DNA of 64,000 bases from Candidatus Omnitrophota bacterium (GTDB taxonomy: Bacteria; Omnitrophota; Gorgyraeia; 2-01-FULL-45-10). The position numbers and the translations under genes are program-made. This document shows positions 9,566 to 19,119 of the stretch, in pieces. The DNA is taken from positions 28,730 to 92,729 of the forward strand of contig CAIMPC010000007.1 of the NCBI GenBank assembly GCA_903843285.1, read 5' to 3'. Every line of letters starts with the position of its first letter. Within the stretch, counting starts at the first letter, position 1. The notes under the pieces were generated by a model. That model saw nothing but the letters and a program-made list of their open reading frames with translations. It did not search any database and was not told the DNA's origin.

Positions 9566-11002
9566 ATGATGATATCTTACCGCGCCAGATCGATCTTCTA
9601 TATCTTTTTAACAATCTCATTATCAATATCGACTTATCTCTCATGGACAATATCCCCCAAAAGCTCTGGAGGATCACTATCTAACATCGTCTTGATTAGT
9701 TCTGCGGCATCAGGATTCAATATTGCCATACTTTTAGGCTGGATTACGCTGGGCCTTACAGGCGGAGCCGTAGTCACTATCTCCGCCTTTATCTTTATCT
9801 TATTGTTGGGGTTCAGGACAGGTTGCCATAACTGTAATATTCTAATCCTTCCGCTTATCATGACTGCCTGGATCGGATATTCATTTGCGACAGACAGAAA
9901 TAGAATGAACCAACTGCATGCATTACGATTGGAAAAGATAGAAGAAGAAAAAAATATTATTGCCAACGAAGTTAAAGATAGCAATAATGGAATAAAAGCA
10001 TTCGAAGATAAACTTAAAAGGTATTCGATGCTGAAGGGAGTGGCTGAGCGTTTTAGCACTGTATTATCTCTCGAAGATATCACTGCATCCATAGTCGAAA
10101 AGACCATTAAGACGCTCGGTAAGAGCGGCAGGGTGCTTCTGTTCCTGGCGGATCAACATAAACAAGAGCTTATGTTGTCCGCCTCTAATGCAAAAAACGA
10201 TCAGGAGATAAAGACGAAGAAAGGAGATCTCTTTGATCAATGGGTTTTAAGGCACAAGAAAGCTCTTTTAATCGAAGATGCCACAAAGGATTTTCGATTT
10301 TCCATGGAAGGTATAGCTGCGGATTATGGCACATTCCGCTCGATCATTTCATCGCCGCTTGTAAGCGAGAATAAGGTTATAGGCGTTCTAAGGATGGACT
10401 TCCCCGACGGATTTGCATATACACAGGATGACCTGAGGCTTCTCGATATAATTGCAAATCTTGCGGCGGTGGCTGTGCAAAATTCGCTACTCTATTCCAG
10501 AACTCAGGAGCTTGCGATACGGGATGGGCTTACCGGGCTGAAGGTCCGTCGTTTCTTTATGGAAAATTTTCACAGAGAAGTCAGGAGGGCAACAAGAAAA
10601 AGAGAACCCCTGTCGTTATTGATGCTGGATATAGACCATTTTAAGAATTACAACGACAAATATGGGCACTCATCCGGAGATATCATCCTGAGATCTATCG
10701 CAGATACGATAATCGGGTTATTGGACGAGGAAGATATAGCGGGACGTTATGGAGGAGAGGAGATAGCTATATTGCTATGGAGAAAGAATAGAAAAGAAGC
10801 CGTGTTGTTAGCGGAAAAGATAAGAAAGCTGATAAAAAGGAAGACTATTGAAATAAAGAAGGAAGATACCAGGGTAACCGTTTCCATAGGAGTGGCCGCA
10901 TATCCTAAGGACGCCGTCACGGAGGAGGAGTTGATAAGAATTGCCGACGCAAGGCTCTATGAGGCTAAGGGCCAGGGGAGGGACAGAGTCTGTTCCGGCT
11001 AA
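9566..11002 (+). CDS. Membrane-anchored GAF-GGDEF diguanylate cyclase
   Basis: N-terminal TM segments. Coiled-coil (LEKIEEEKN). GAF-like middle domain. GGDEF domain with RYGGEEI active-site motif, plus DIDHFKNYND and GHSSGD. Confidence 0.8.
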   Translation: MMISYRARSIFYIFLTISLSISTYLSWTISPKSSGGSLSNIVLISSAASGFNIAILLGWITLGLTGGAVVTISAFIFILLLGFRTGCHNCNILILPLIMTAWIGYSFATDRNRMNQLHALRLEKIEEEKNIIANEVKDSNNGIKAFEDKLKRYSMLKGVAERFSTVLSLEDITASIVEKTIKTLGKSGRVLLFLADQHKQELMLSASNAKNDQEIKTKKGDLFDQWVLRHKKALLIEDATKDFRFSMEGIAADYGTFRSIISSPLVSENKVIGVLRMDFPDGFAYTQDDLRLLDIIANLAAVAVQNSLLYSRTQELAIRDGLTGLKVRRFFMENFHREVRRATRKREPLSLLMLDIDHFKNYNDKYGHSSGDIILRSIADTIIGLLDEEDIAGRYGGEEIAILLWRKNRKEAVLLAEKIRKLIKRKTIEIKKEDTRVTVSIGVAAYPKDAVTEEELIRIADARLYEAKGQGRDRVCSG

Positions 11003-11040
11003 AGCTCATATATAATTTATTTATAACCTTATGTCTGCCG

Positions 11041-12390
11041 ATGTTGGTCATAATCCACCCGCATGGCGACATGTTTTATGTAACCATGAATATAATTCTG
11101 GTATTTATAGCTCCGGGGGGTTATCTCTACTCAAATATATTCACGTACGCGTCGATTCCCGTATCATGGCTGATAGTTTATCCCGCGCTTGTTTTCATAT
11201 TCAAAGCAGACGCCGCTAATGCGGCCGCATCACTCCTGTTGTTCAACATGCTTACCTTAGTTTACTTTTCGTATAAAAATGTGATCAGACGCCAGAAGGC
11301 ATCGCTTCAAAATATTCTTAATAAAAATATTGAAGAGAAGCAAGGGCTTAATGATGAGAGGGATCGGGCGATAAGGTTTGGGAACGGCATTAAGATTAAG
11401 GAAGCCGAGATAGTAAATCTTTATGAGATAACCAGGAAGATGTCCGAGCATCTGAATTTCAGGGACATATTCCACGAGTTTAGCTTGTTCCTGAAGGAAA
11501 ATTTTACATTCAGAAAATGTGATCTTATGATATTGGATCGCACAGATGGTAAGCCGGTTATAGACAGATCATACAGGGTGTGGCAGAAAGATCCCGCCGA
11601 CGGTTCGGGTGCAGGATCTTTGAACGGTAAGAAAGTGATGGATCTGTTCAAAGACGGCCCCAGAGATGTGTGGCTTACAGGCAAAGATGATGCTAAAGTA
11701 TTGAAGAGCCTTGGCATAGAAAAGAATGGGGTGGAGACCTTAGTAGTTCTGCCGCTTCTTAGCGAACATAAACTGGTAGGCGTATTAGCATTAGAGAATC
11801 TGCCCAAATCGGATCTCGAAAGGTTCATTATATTGGCCATGCAGTTTGCGCTTGAAATAAAGAAGGTGCTTCTTTACGAGATGGTAGAGAAGCTTGCCGT
11901 GACAGATTTCTTAACGGATCTATATGTGAGACGGTATTTTTACGAGAGACTTGACGAGGAGCTCCAGCGCTCGAGGAGATATAATTTTGAATTTGCGGTC
12001 ATAATGGTCGATATCGATGATTTTAAAAAATGTAACGATTTATATGGACACATGGTAGGGGACGTTGTTATAAAAGATGTAGCCCGTATAATAAAAGAGA
12101 GTGTCAGAGATATAGATATCGTAGGCCGTTACGGGGGGGAAGAGTTTGCCATAGTCCTTCCTGAAACCACAAGAGCCAGCGCAAGACAAGTTGCGGAAAG
12201 ATTACGGAAAAAAGTGGAGGAGAATGATTTCAAGGCCTACGACGTTAAATTGAAACTTACGGTTAGCGTGGGTATTGCCGCTTATCCGAACGATTCCACC
12301 GATAGAAACGATGTTATAGACAGGGCTGACGAAGCGCTTTACAGGGCAAAGAAATCAGGTAAAAATGTTGTGTGTGAATATAAAAGATAG
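11041..12390 (+). CDS. Membrane-anchored GAF-GGDEF diguanylate cyclase (paralog of the upstream gene)
   Basis: Same architecture as 9566..11002. TM N-terminus, coiled-coil, GAF. GGDEF with RYGGEEF, plus DIDDFKKCND and GHMVGD. Confidence 0.8.
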   Translation: MLVIIHPHGDMFYVTMNIILVFIAPGGYLYSNIFTYASIPVSWLIVYPALVFIFKADAANAAASLLLFNMLTLVYFSYKNVIRRQKASLQNILNKNIEEKQGLNDERDRAIRFGNGIKIKEAEIVNLYEITRKMSEHLNFRDIFHEFSLFLKENFTFRKCDLMILDRTDGKPVIDRSYRVWQKDPADGSGAGSLNGKKVMDLFKDGPRDVWLTGKDDAKVLKSLGIEKNGVETLVVLPLLSEHKLVGVLALENLPKSDLERFIILAMQFALEIKKVLLYEMVEKLAVTDFLTDLYVRRYFYERLDEELQRSRRYNFEFAVIMVDIDDFKKCNDLYGHMVGDVVIKDVARIIKESVRDIDIVGRYGGEEFAIVLPETTRASARQVAERLRKKVEENDFKAYDVKLKLTVSVGIAAYPNDSTDRNDVIDRADEALYRAKKSGKNVVCEYKR

Positions 12391-12404
12391 TATAATACTG
12401 CACT

Positions 12405-14576
12405 ATGAAATTCTATAGATACGTTGCCATAATATTCGTAGCCTCTTTAGCTATATTATCCGCCGGCAATGTATGCGCTGAGACTCTCCCCACTAAAGAG
12501 CCCATTGTCGTAAATGGCGATCACGTCGAATATCTTCAAGAACAGAAGAAAGTTATAGGCACCGGCAATGTATCCATAACTTATAAAGACATTGTTCTAA
12601 CATGCGAGAAGGTCTCCGTAGATCTGGAGAACCACGATGCCGAAGCCGAAGGGAATGTTAATATAACCCAGAAGGATGCCTATTTTATCGGTGATAAAGT
12701 AAGGTATAACTTTGAGAAACGTTCCGCTATTATCGATTATGGATACGTCAACGCCAATCCGTTCTTTGGCAGGGCAGAGAATATAACGAAGGATGCCGGC
12801 AAGGACGAATTCGGATTAAATAATGGCAGTGTTACAACTTGTGATTTTGACAAGCCGCATTATCGTATACAGGCTGAGAGGGTTAAGATATATCTGAATG
12901 ATAAAGTTGAGGCGAATAACGTAGTATTTCTTATCGGAACCGTCCCCGTCTTATGCCTGCCTTATTATGTGCAGCCTATTCGCCATAATAAGAAGACCAA
13001 TATAACCGTAATCCCAGGTAAGAGTAAAGACTGGGGTTATTATGCACTCACTTCCCTCAGATATTATATGGACGATAATTTTCGCGGTGATATTCTGCTG
13101 GATTACAGATCTAAGAAGGGGCTGGCGGAGGGCGTTAATCATTATATCGATACCGACGCCGGCAAGGGCGCATTTAAATTTTACTACACCCTGGAGAACA
13201 ATGGTTTTGAGGTCGATAATACCGGCGCGGAGGCCAAGCGGTACAGGTATCAGTATAGGCACAGATGGGACATGAAAGATGTAGACAGCACGGCTGTTGT
13301 CGAATTCAACTACCTTAGCGATCCTAATATTATAAGAGATTATATCTATAACGAATACGAAGAGCTCGGAGCAAATCCGGACACTTTTTTCTCGCTCATC
13401 ACCGCAAAACAGGACTATACAACCGAATTTTTAATTCGCAAGAGGGTTAATGATTTTTATACAGTAGTTGACCGCCTGCCGGAATATAAAATAGATATTT
13501 TGAATTACAGGATAGGCAACACATCCTTCTATTATTCATCTAACACAAGCGGCGTATATCTGGACATGGAAAGCGCCAAAAGCATACCTTCCGCTACTAC
13601 AACACCGAAGGATGTCGGGACCATCAGGTTCGATACTTATAACCAAGTTTCCTATGCGGCAAGATTCTTTAAGACGTTAAGCGTCACGCCCTTCGCCGGT
13701 ATTCGCGAAACTTATTATTCGAGGAACAAGTGGGGCGATACTAATGAGGTGAGGACACTTTTCAGGGAAGGCGTTGATGCCTCTATGAAGTTTTACAAAG
13801 TATATGATGTTAACACTAATTTCATGGGTCTCGATATAAATAAGCTGAGGCATATCATAACGCCTACAGCCGGCTATGCCCATGTGCATCAACCTACCAT
13901 ATCGCCCGACAACCTTAATCAATACGATGAGATAGATGCCCTCGACACTGAGAATCACGTTACTTTGTCACTGGAGAATAAACTGCAGACCAAGAGGAAG
14001 AGCGGTGATTCCATGGCGTCCGTAGACCTGGTACGATTTATAGTAGGCACAGATTACTTGTTCAGGCTTGAGAAGCGGTCTATCGATATTAAGAGCAATA
14101 AATTTAACGGTGTGGATTTTAAGCTGGAGCTTATACCATACAACTGGTTGTATCTTAATTCGGATATGCATGTCAATACAAAGACATGTTCAGTCGAAAC
14201 GGCGAATATCGATTTTGTAGCCAGCGGAGGGGACAAATGGTCCATATCCGCCGGCCAGAGATATTACAATCTGGAGTCCAGCGGTCAGAGTTATCAGGTT
14301 ACTATGGATGGCAGATATATGATAAATGACAAATGGAGAGCCAGGGTATACGAGAGGTTTGACCTGGAAACAAAGAAATTCGAGCAGCAGCAGTATACTA
14401 TCACCAGAGATCTTCATTGCTGGGTTTTGGAGTTTACGTACGATATAACAGATATGAATAACCACACTTTCTGGGTCATAATGACGTTGAAGGCCTTCCC
14501 GCAATATCCCATAGGGCTTAAGCAGACATATTCACAGCCGCGCTTCGGTTCCGCCGGTTCTGCAGAGTCCAATTAA
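12405..14576 (+). CDS. lptD: LPS-assembly outer-membrane protein LptD (OstA family)
   Basis: Signal peptide (MKFYRYVAIIFVASLAILSAGNVCA). OstA-like N-terminal beta-jellyroll (VNGDHVEY...GNVSITYKD...AEGNVNITQKD). ~700-aa body consistent with a large beta-barrel (inferred from size and composition). Confidence 0.7.
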   Translation: MKFYRYVAIIFVASLAILSAGNVCAETLPTKEPIVVNGDHVEYLQEQKKVIGTGNVSITYKDIVLTCEKVSVDLENHDAEAEGNVNITQKDAYFIGDKVRYNFEKRSAIIDYGYVNANPFFGRAENITKDAGKDEFGLNNGSVTTCDFDKPHYRIQAERVKIYLNDKVEANNVVFLIGTVPVLCLPYYVQPIRHNKKTNITVIPGKSKDWGYYALTSLRYYMDDNFRGDILLDYRSKKGLAEGVNHYIDTDAGKGAFKFYYTLENNGFEVDNTGAEAKRYRYQYRHRWDMKDVDSTAVVEFNYLSDPNIIRDYIYNEYEELGANPDTFFSLITAKQDYTTEFLIRKRVNDFYTVVDRLPEYKIDILNYRIGNTSFYYSSNTSGVYLDMESAKSIPSATTTPKDVGTIRFDTYNQVSYAARFFKTLSVTPFAGIRETYYSRNKWGDTNEVRTLFREGVDASMKFYKVYDVNTNFMGLDINKLRHIITPTAGYAHVHQPTISPDNLNQYDEIDALDTENHVTLSLENKLQTKRKSGDSMASVDLVRFIVGTDYLFRLEKRSIDIKSNKFNGVDFKLELIPYNWLYLNSDMHVNTKTCSVETANIDFVASGGDKWSISAGQRYYNLESSGQSYQVTMDGRYMINDKWRARVYERFDLETKKFEQQQYTITRDLHCWVLEFTYDITDMNNHTFWVIMTLKAFPQYPIGLKQTYSQPRFGSAGSAESN

Positions 14577-14669
14577 CGCTTGTGGGGTATTACACCGTTA
14601 TGATATAATTTTTATCTGCCATGTGCCATGTTATCTATTTGTAAACGGAGTATCTGTGGAGGTTAGCGC

Positions 14670-15965
14670 GTGAATATAGCTATAATAGGCTCGGGGTATG
14701 TGGGGTTAGTGACAGGTGCCTGCTTTGCCGAGCTGGGTAATGATGTTGTATGCGTCGATAATGACCAGGCCAAGATAAAGAAACTTAAGGCCGGAATAAT
14801 GCCTATTTATGAGCCGGGCTTATCCGAGCTCGTTAAGCGTAATGTCAAGAAGTCCAGATTATCTTTTACGACCAAAATAAGAGAGGCTGTTAAAAAGTCA
14901 GAGATCATATTTATAGCGGTAGGCACTCCCCCAAAAGATAATGGGGAGGCGGATCTTACCGCTGTCGAGGGAGTATCCAAAGAGATAGCCGCGTCCATGC
15001 ACTCTTATAAGCTTATAGTAGAGAAGTCGACAGTGCCTGTCAATACCGGAGAATGGGTAGAGCACACCATAAAGACTTTCAATAAGCGTCGCGTTAAGTT
15101 CGATGTGGCATCGAATCCTGAATTCTTACGGGAAGGTACCGCGATAAAAGATTTTATGAACCCGGACAGGGTGGTCCTTGGAGTAAAATCTAAGAAAGCC
15201 GCTGAGATATTGAGCGCTCTGTACAAACCGTTAAAAGCCCCGATCGTGGTAACAGATATAAAGTCAGCCGAGATAATTAAGCACGCCGCCAACTCATTTC
15301 TGGCAATGAAAATATCATTTATAAATGCTATCGCAAATGTGTGCGATTCACTCGGCGCCGATGTTATTGAAGTCTCGAAAGGTATCGGCCTTGATAAGAG
15401 GATAGGCGATAAGTTTCTTAACGCGGGCTTGGGTTTCGGGGGATTCTGTTTCCCTAAAGACCTCGCCGCTTTTATCCGGATCTCGGAAAAGGCCGGTTAT
15501 GATTTTGGCCTATTAAAAGAGGTTGAAAAAATAAACGAAGGCCAGAAATTGGCCCTCATGAAGAAAATAGAGAGCATAGTATGGAATCTCCCCGGAAAGA
15601 CAGTGGGAATTCTCGGCCTTTCGTTTAAACCGGATACCGACGATCTGCGCTATGCGCCCGCGCTGGATATTATAGAGATGTTGCTTAGGCAAGGGGTAAA
15701 GGTAAAGGTCTATGATCCGATATCGATGCCTAAAGCCAAACCGATCCTAAGGGCTCGGGTAAAATTCTGTAAAGATGCTTACGATGTCGCGAAAGAGAGT
15801 GATTGCCTCGTGATAGCGACCGAATGGAGTGAATTCAAGGAACTTGACCTGAAGAAGATTAAGAAGCTTATGAAGCGGGGCATTATCGTCGATGGCAGGA
15901 ATATTTACGATCCGATAGAGATCAGGAAGCTTGGTTTCACGTACATAGGTATGGGAAGAGGATAA
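14670..15965 (+). CDS. ugd: UDP-glucose 6-dehydrogenase
   Basis: GTG start. N-terminal Rossmann IIGSGYVGLVTG. Catalytic-Cys region GFGGFCFPKD. Central and C-terminal UDPG/GDPM-dehydrogenase domains. 431 aa. Confidence 0.85.
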   Translation: MNIAIIGSGYVGLVTGACFAELGNDVVCVDNDQAKIKKLKAGIMPIYEPGLSELVKRNVKKSRLSFTTKIREAVKKSEIIFIAVGTPPKDNGEADLTAVEGVSKEIAASMHSYKLIVEKSTVPVNTGEWVEHTIKTFNKRRVKFDVASNPEFLREGTAIKDFMNPDRVVLGVKSKKAAEILSALYKPLKAPIVVTDIKSAEIIKHAANSFLAMKISFINAIANVCDSLGADVIEVSKGIGLDKRIGDKFLNAGLGFGGFCFPKDLAAFIRISEKAGYDFGLLKEVEKINEGQKLALMKKIESIVWNLPGKTVGILGLSFKPDTDDLRYAPALDIIEMLLRQGVKVKVYDPISMPKAKPILRARVKFCKDAYDVAKESDCLVIATEWSEFKELDLKKIKKLMKRGIIVDGRNIYDPIEIRKLGFTYIGMGRG

Positions 15966-15978
15966 TATGAAGAAAATA

Positions 15979-16037
15979 GGGACTGGTACTTTTTTCTACG
16001 GAAAAACTGGTAAAAATGTACCTGTCCCATTTTCTTT
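15979..16037 (+). terminator. Candidate Rho-independent terminator after ugd
   Basis: 11-bp stem with one mismatch: GGGACTGGTAC (15979-15989) pairs with GTACCTGTCCC (16018-16028). The intervening loop can fold further (TTTTTTC/GAAAAA). Stem is followed by ATTTTCTTT at 16029-16037. Confidence 0.4.
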
Positions 16038-16049
16038 AAGCGGAGACTT

Positions 16050-16496
16050 ATGATAGACGGAGTGAAGGTTAAAAGACTGAAGATTATTCCCGATGATCGC
16101 GGGCGTTTAATGGAGATATTGAGATGCGACGATCCCATATATGAGAAGTTCGGCCAGGTCTATATGACGACCGCGTTTCCTGGGGTAGCAAAGGCATGGC
16201 ATTTTCATAAAAAGCAGAATGACAACTTCACGTGCATCTCAGGAAAGATGCGCCTTGCCCTCTATGATGCCAGAAAAGCTTCTCCGACGTATGGTGAAGT
16301 AAATGATTTTGAGATAAGCCTGGAAAACCCCATGCTGGTACATATACCTAAAGAAGTCTATCACGGTTTCAAATGCATAAGCGATACCGAAGCTGTTGTT
16401 ATAAATAACGTTACCGTACCGTATAATTATAAAGAGGCCGACGAATACAGGGTGGACGCTTACGATAACGATATTCCTTACGACTGGAGGAAATAG
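16050..16496 (+). CDS. rmlC: dTDP-4-dehydrorhamnose 3,5-epimerase-like cupin (RmlC family, short form)
   Basis: 148 aa. IPDDRGRLMEI, AWHFHKKQNDNFTCISGKM and HIPKEVYHGFK match RmlC cupin blocks. Sits upstream of rmlA-B-D. Confidence 0.7.
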   Translation: MIDGVKVKRLKIIPDDRGRLMEILRCDDPIYEKFGQVYMTTAFPGVAKAWHFHKKQNDNFTCISGKMRLALYDARKASPTYGEVNDFEISLENPMLVHIPKEVYHGFKCISDTEAVVINNVTVPYNYKEADEYRVDAYDNDIPYDWRK

Positions 16497-16499
16497 CAA

Positions 16500-17240
16500 A
16501 TGGGACCTAAGGGCGTGATATTGGCAGGCGGTCTTGGCAGTAGGCTATCGCCGCTCACAAAAATTACGAACAAACACCTGCTCCCTATATACTGTAAACC
16601 GATGATATATTATCCCATCCAGACGCTGGTAGATGCCGGCATAACGGATATATTGATCGTAACCGGAGGCGCGCATGCCGGAGAGTTCCTGCGCTTACTC
16701 GGTAATGGGGCGAAGTTTGGGCTGAAGCATATCAATTATACATACCAGGAGGGTGAAGGTGGTATTGCTGAGGCGCTTAGGCTGGCAAGGCATTTCGCGG
16801 ATAACGATAAGATAGTAGTAATTCTCGGGGACAACATTATCCAGAAGAGCATAAAAAAGCAGGTCGACGAATTCAGGACCCAGGAGCGCGGGGCCAGGAT
16901 ATTACTTAAAAAGGTCGGAGATCCTCACAGATTTGGAGTGGCCGGTTTTAAGAACGGTAAGATCACTTCTATTGTTGAGAAGCCGAAAAATCCTAAATCT
17001 AAATACGCAGTTACAGGAATTTACATGTATGACAGCCAGGTGTTCGACATAATTAAGACTCTTAAGCCATCCCATAGAGGTGAGCTCGAGATAACCGATG
17101 TCAATAACGCATATTTGAAGATGGGGCAGATGGAACACAGTATCCTCGACGGGTGGTGGACCGATGCGGGCACGTTCGATTCTCTGTTAAGGGCCAATAA
17201 TCTCGTGGCTAAAGCAGGCTGTGGGAAAGTGCGACAATAA
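16500..17240 (+). CDS. rmlA: Glucose-1-phosphate thymidylyltransferase (short form)
   Basis: GVILAGGLGSRLSPLT nucleotide-binding motif. KHLLPIYCKPMIYYP. 246 aa, a short-type RmlA. Confidence 0.8.
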   Translation: MGPKGVILAGGLGSRLSPLTKITNKHLLPIYCKPMIYYPIQTLVDAGITDILIVTGGAHAGEFLRLLGNGAKFGLKHINYTYQEGEGGIAEALRLARHFADNDKIVVILGDNIIQKSIKKQVDEFRTQERGARILLKKVGDPHRFGVAGFKNGKITSIVEKPKNPKSKYAVTGIYMYDSQVFDIIKTLKPSHRGELEITDVNNAYLKMGQMEHSILDGWWTDAGTFDSLLRANNLVAKAGCGKVRQ

Positions 17241-17243
17241 AAT

Positions 17244-18224
17244 ATGAAGAGACTACTGATTACAGGTGGCGCAGGATTCATAGGCTCAAATTTCATCAGG
17301 CATATTGTCCAAAAATATCCTGATTATAAGATCGTGAACCTGGATAAGCTGACCTATTGCGGAAATCTCGATAATCTTAAGGATATCGAGAATCATAAGA
17401 ATTACAAGTTTGTAAAAGGTGATATCACGGACGCCTCTTTGGTTGGGAAGCTTGTGGGCGAGTCCGATATAGTGATCAACTTTGCCGCTGAGAGCCACGT
17501 CGACAGGTCGATCACAGATCCCGGCGTATTTGTTAATACGAATATCTCCGGCACATTTACGCTCCTTGAGGCGGCAAAGAAGACGGGCGTGGAGCTATTT
17601 GTCCAGATATCCACCGATGAAGTTTACGGTAGCGTAGAGGCCGGATCGAGCAAAGAGACCGATGCTCTCGACCCTAATAGTCCTTACTCCGCGACCAAAG
17701 CAGGGGCCGATCTCCTGGCCAGGTCATACTTCGTTACGTTCAAACTTCCCGTTATAATCACCCGTAGTTCGAATAACTTCGGACCATACCAGTATCCGGA
17801 AAAGATCATACCGCTATTTATTACTAATCTTATGGCGGGTAAGAAGGTGCCGCTGTATGCCGATGGCATGAATATGCGCGATTGGCTGTATGTTGTAGAT
17901 AATTGTGAAGCGATAGACGTCGTGATGCATAAAGGCAATCCCGGAGAGATTTATAACATAGGAGTTGGTGGCGAGATCACTAACCTGGAGCTGACGCGAG
18001 GATTGCTCGGCATACTGGGCAGGGATGAGAGCTTTATAGAATATGTTAAAGACAGGCCGGGCCACGATAAGCGATATGCGCTCGATGTGACGAAACTTAA
18101 GGCGCTTGGCTGGCGGCCTCGACATGATTACCGTGATGCGCTTAAACTTACTGTGGATTGGTATAAGAAGAACGAGGTCTGGTGGAGCCGGTTGGTCGCA
18201 TGCCGAAAAGATATAAAGTATTAA
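17244..18224 (+). CDS. rmlB: dTDP-glucose 4,6-dehydratase
   Basis: [11 protein letters not shown] Rossmann motif. SDR catalytic YSATK. DEVYG. 326 aa. Confidence 0.88.
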   Translation: MKRLLITGGAGFIGSNFIRHIVQKYPDYKIVNLDKLTYCGNLDNLKDIENHKNYKFVKGDITDASLVGKLVGESDIVINFAAESHVDRSITDPGVFVNTNISGTFTLLEAAKKTGVELFVQISTDEVYGSVEAGSSKETDALDPNSPYSATKAGADLLARSYFVTFKLPVIITRSSNNFGPYQYPEKIIPLFITNLMAGKKVPLYADGMNMRDWLYVVDNCEAIDVVMHKGNPGEIYNIGVGGEITNLELTRGLLGILGRDESFIEYVKDRPGHDKRYALDVTKLKALGWRPRHDYRDALKLTVDWYKKNEVWWSRLVACRKDIKY

Positions 18225-19111
18225 TCACCGGCTCAAGCGGGATGCTCGGGGCAGATCTTTGCACGGAGCTCTGTCGAGATTATGATCTTATAGGATTCGA
18301 TCTGATCCGAAGTTCTAAGTCGGAGGTTATAAAGTTTTATAAAGGCGATATCACCGACGGAAAATTAGTAACCGCGATCTTTAATAAGGCTAAGCCCGAT
18401 TTTGTAGTACATACTGCCGCATGGACGGATGTAGACGGCTGTGAGATGAATAAGCAAAAAGCTTATGGGATAAATTCCGAAGGCACCGGCAATATTGCGC
18501 GTGCATGTAAGGCTATCGATGCGGCGCTAATCTATATAAGCACGGATTTTGTATTTGATGGTAAGTCCAGGCGACCCTACAGAGAGACTGATAGGGCTCA
18601 CCCCATAAGCGCTTATGGTGACTCTAAGCTAAAGGGAGAGAGTCTCGTAAGAAAAATTTTAAAGAGTTATTACATTGTCCGAACAAGCTGGCTTTACGGC
18701 AAATGCGGTAAAAATTTTGTCGATACAATAATCAACAAAGCAAAGTCAGAGAGCTCTTTGAAGGTAGTTAAGGATCAGTCCGGTTCTCCGACGTTCACGA
18801 AATATTTAGCTAAGGCCTTGCATGCTTTACTCGATAAAGCTGTTTCGCAAAAAGAGACCAAGAAGGCCATAGGGTTTGGAGTTTATCACGTCTCTAATAC
18901 CGGTAAGGTTTCGTGGTATGACTACGCTATAAAGGTGTTATCGCTGGTTAAAACAAAGACGAAGGTTATACCTATAACTTCGGAGGATCTTGCCAGGCCT
19001 GCGCCGAGGCCTCGGATGTCAGTCATGAATAATTCGAAATTTGTTACGTTTACGGGCTACAAGATGCCGGATTGGGATATTGCACTACGAGAATATTTAC
19101 GAAAAAAGTAG
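18200..19111 (+). CDS. rmlD: dTDP-4-dehydrorhamnose reductase
   Basis: The track ORF starts at 18182. The likely start is MPKRYKVLITGSSGMLG at 18200, overlapping the rmlB 3' end. YGDSK catalytic motif. ~300 aa. Confidence 0.8.
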   Translation: MPKRYKVLITGSSGMLGADLCTELCRDYDLIGFDLIRSSKSEVIKFYKGDITDGKLVTAIFNKAKPDFVVHTAAWTDVDGCEMNKQKAYGINSEGTGNIARACKAIDAALIYISTDFVFDGKSRRPYRETDRAHPISAYGDSKLKGESLVRKILKSYYIVRTSWLYGKCGKNFVDTIINKAKSESSLKVVKDQSGSPTFTKYLAKALHALLDKAVSQKETKKAIGFGVYHVSNTGKVSWYDYAIKVLSLVKTKTKVIPITSEDLARPAPRPRMSVMNNSKFVTFTGYKMPDWDIALREYLRKK

Positions 19112-19119
19112 AGGGGCGT

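Noticed and set aside
11031-11219. 62-aa + strand ORF overlapping the start of the second GGDEF gene.
   Set aside because: It is alternate-frame overlap with a well-supported gene and has no features.
12133-12139. G7 homopolymer exactly at the GGEEF codons of the second diguanylate cyclase, considered as a phase-variation switch. Similar G7 at 6107-6113 in asnB and C7 at 8657-8663 in the ABC ATPase.
   Set aside because: The runs are explained by GGG-GGG codon choice for Gly-Gly. Seven-mers of this kind are expected by chance several times in 64 kb at this GC.
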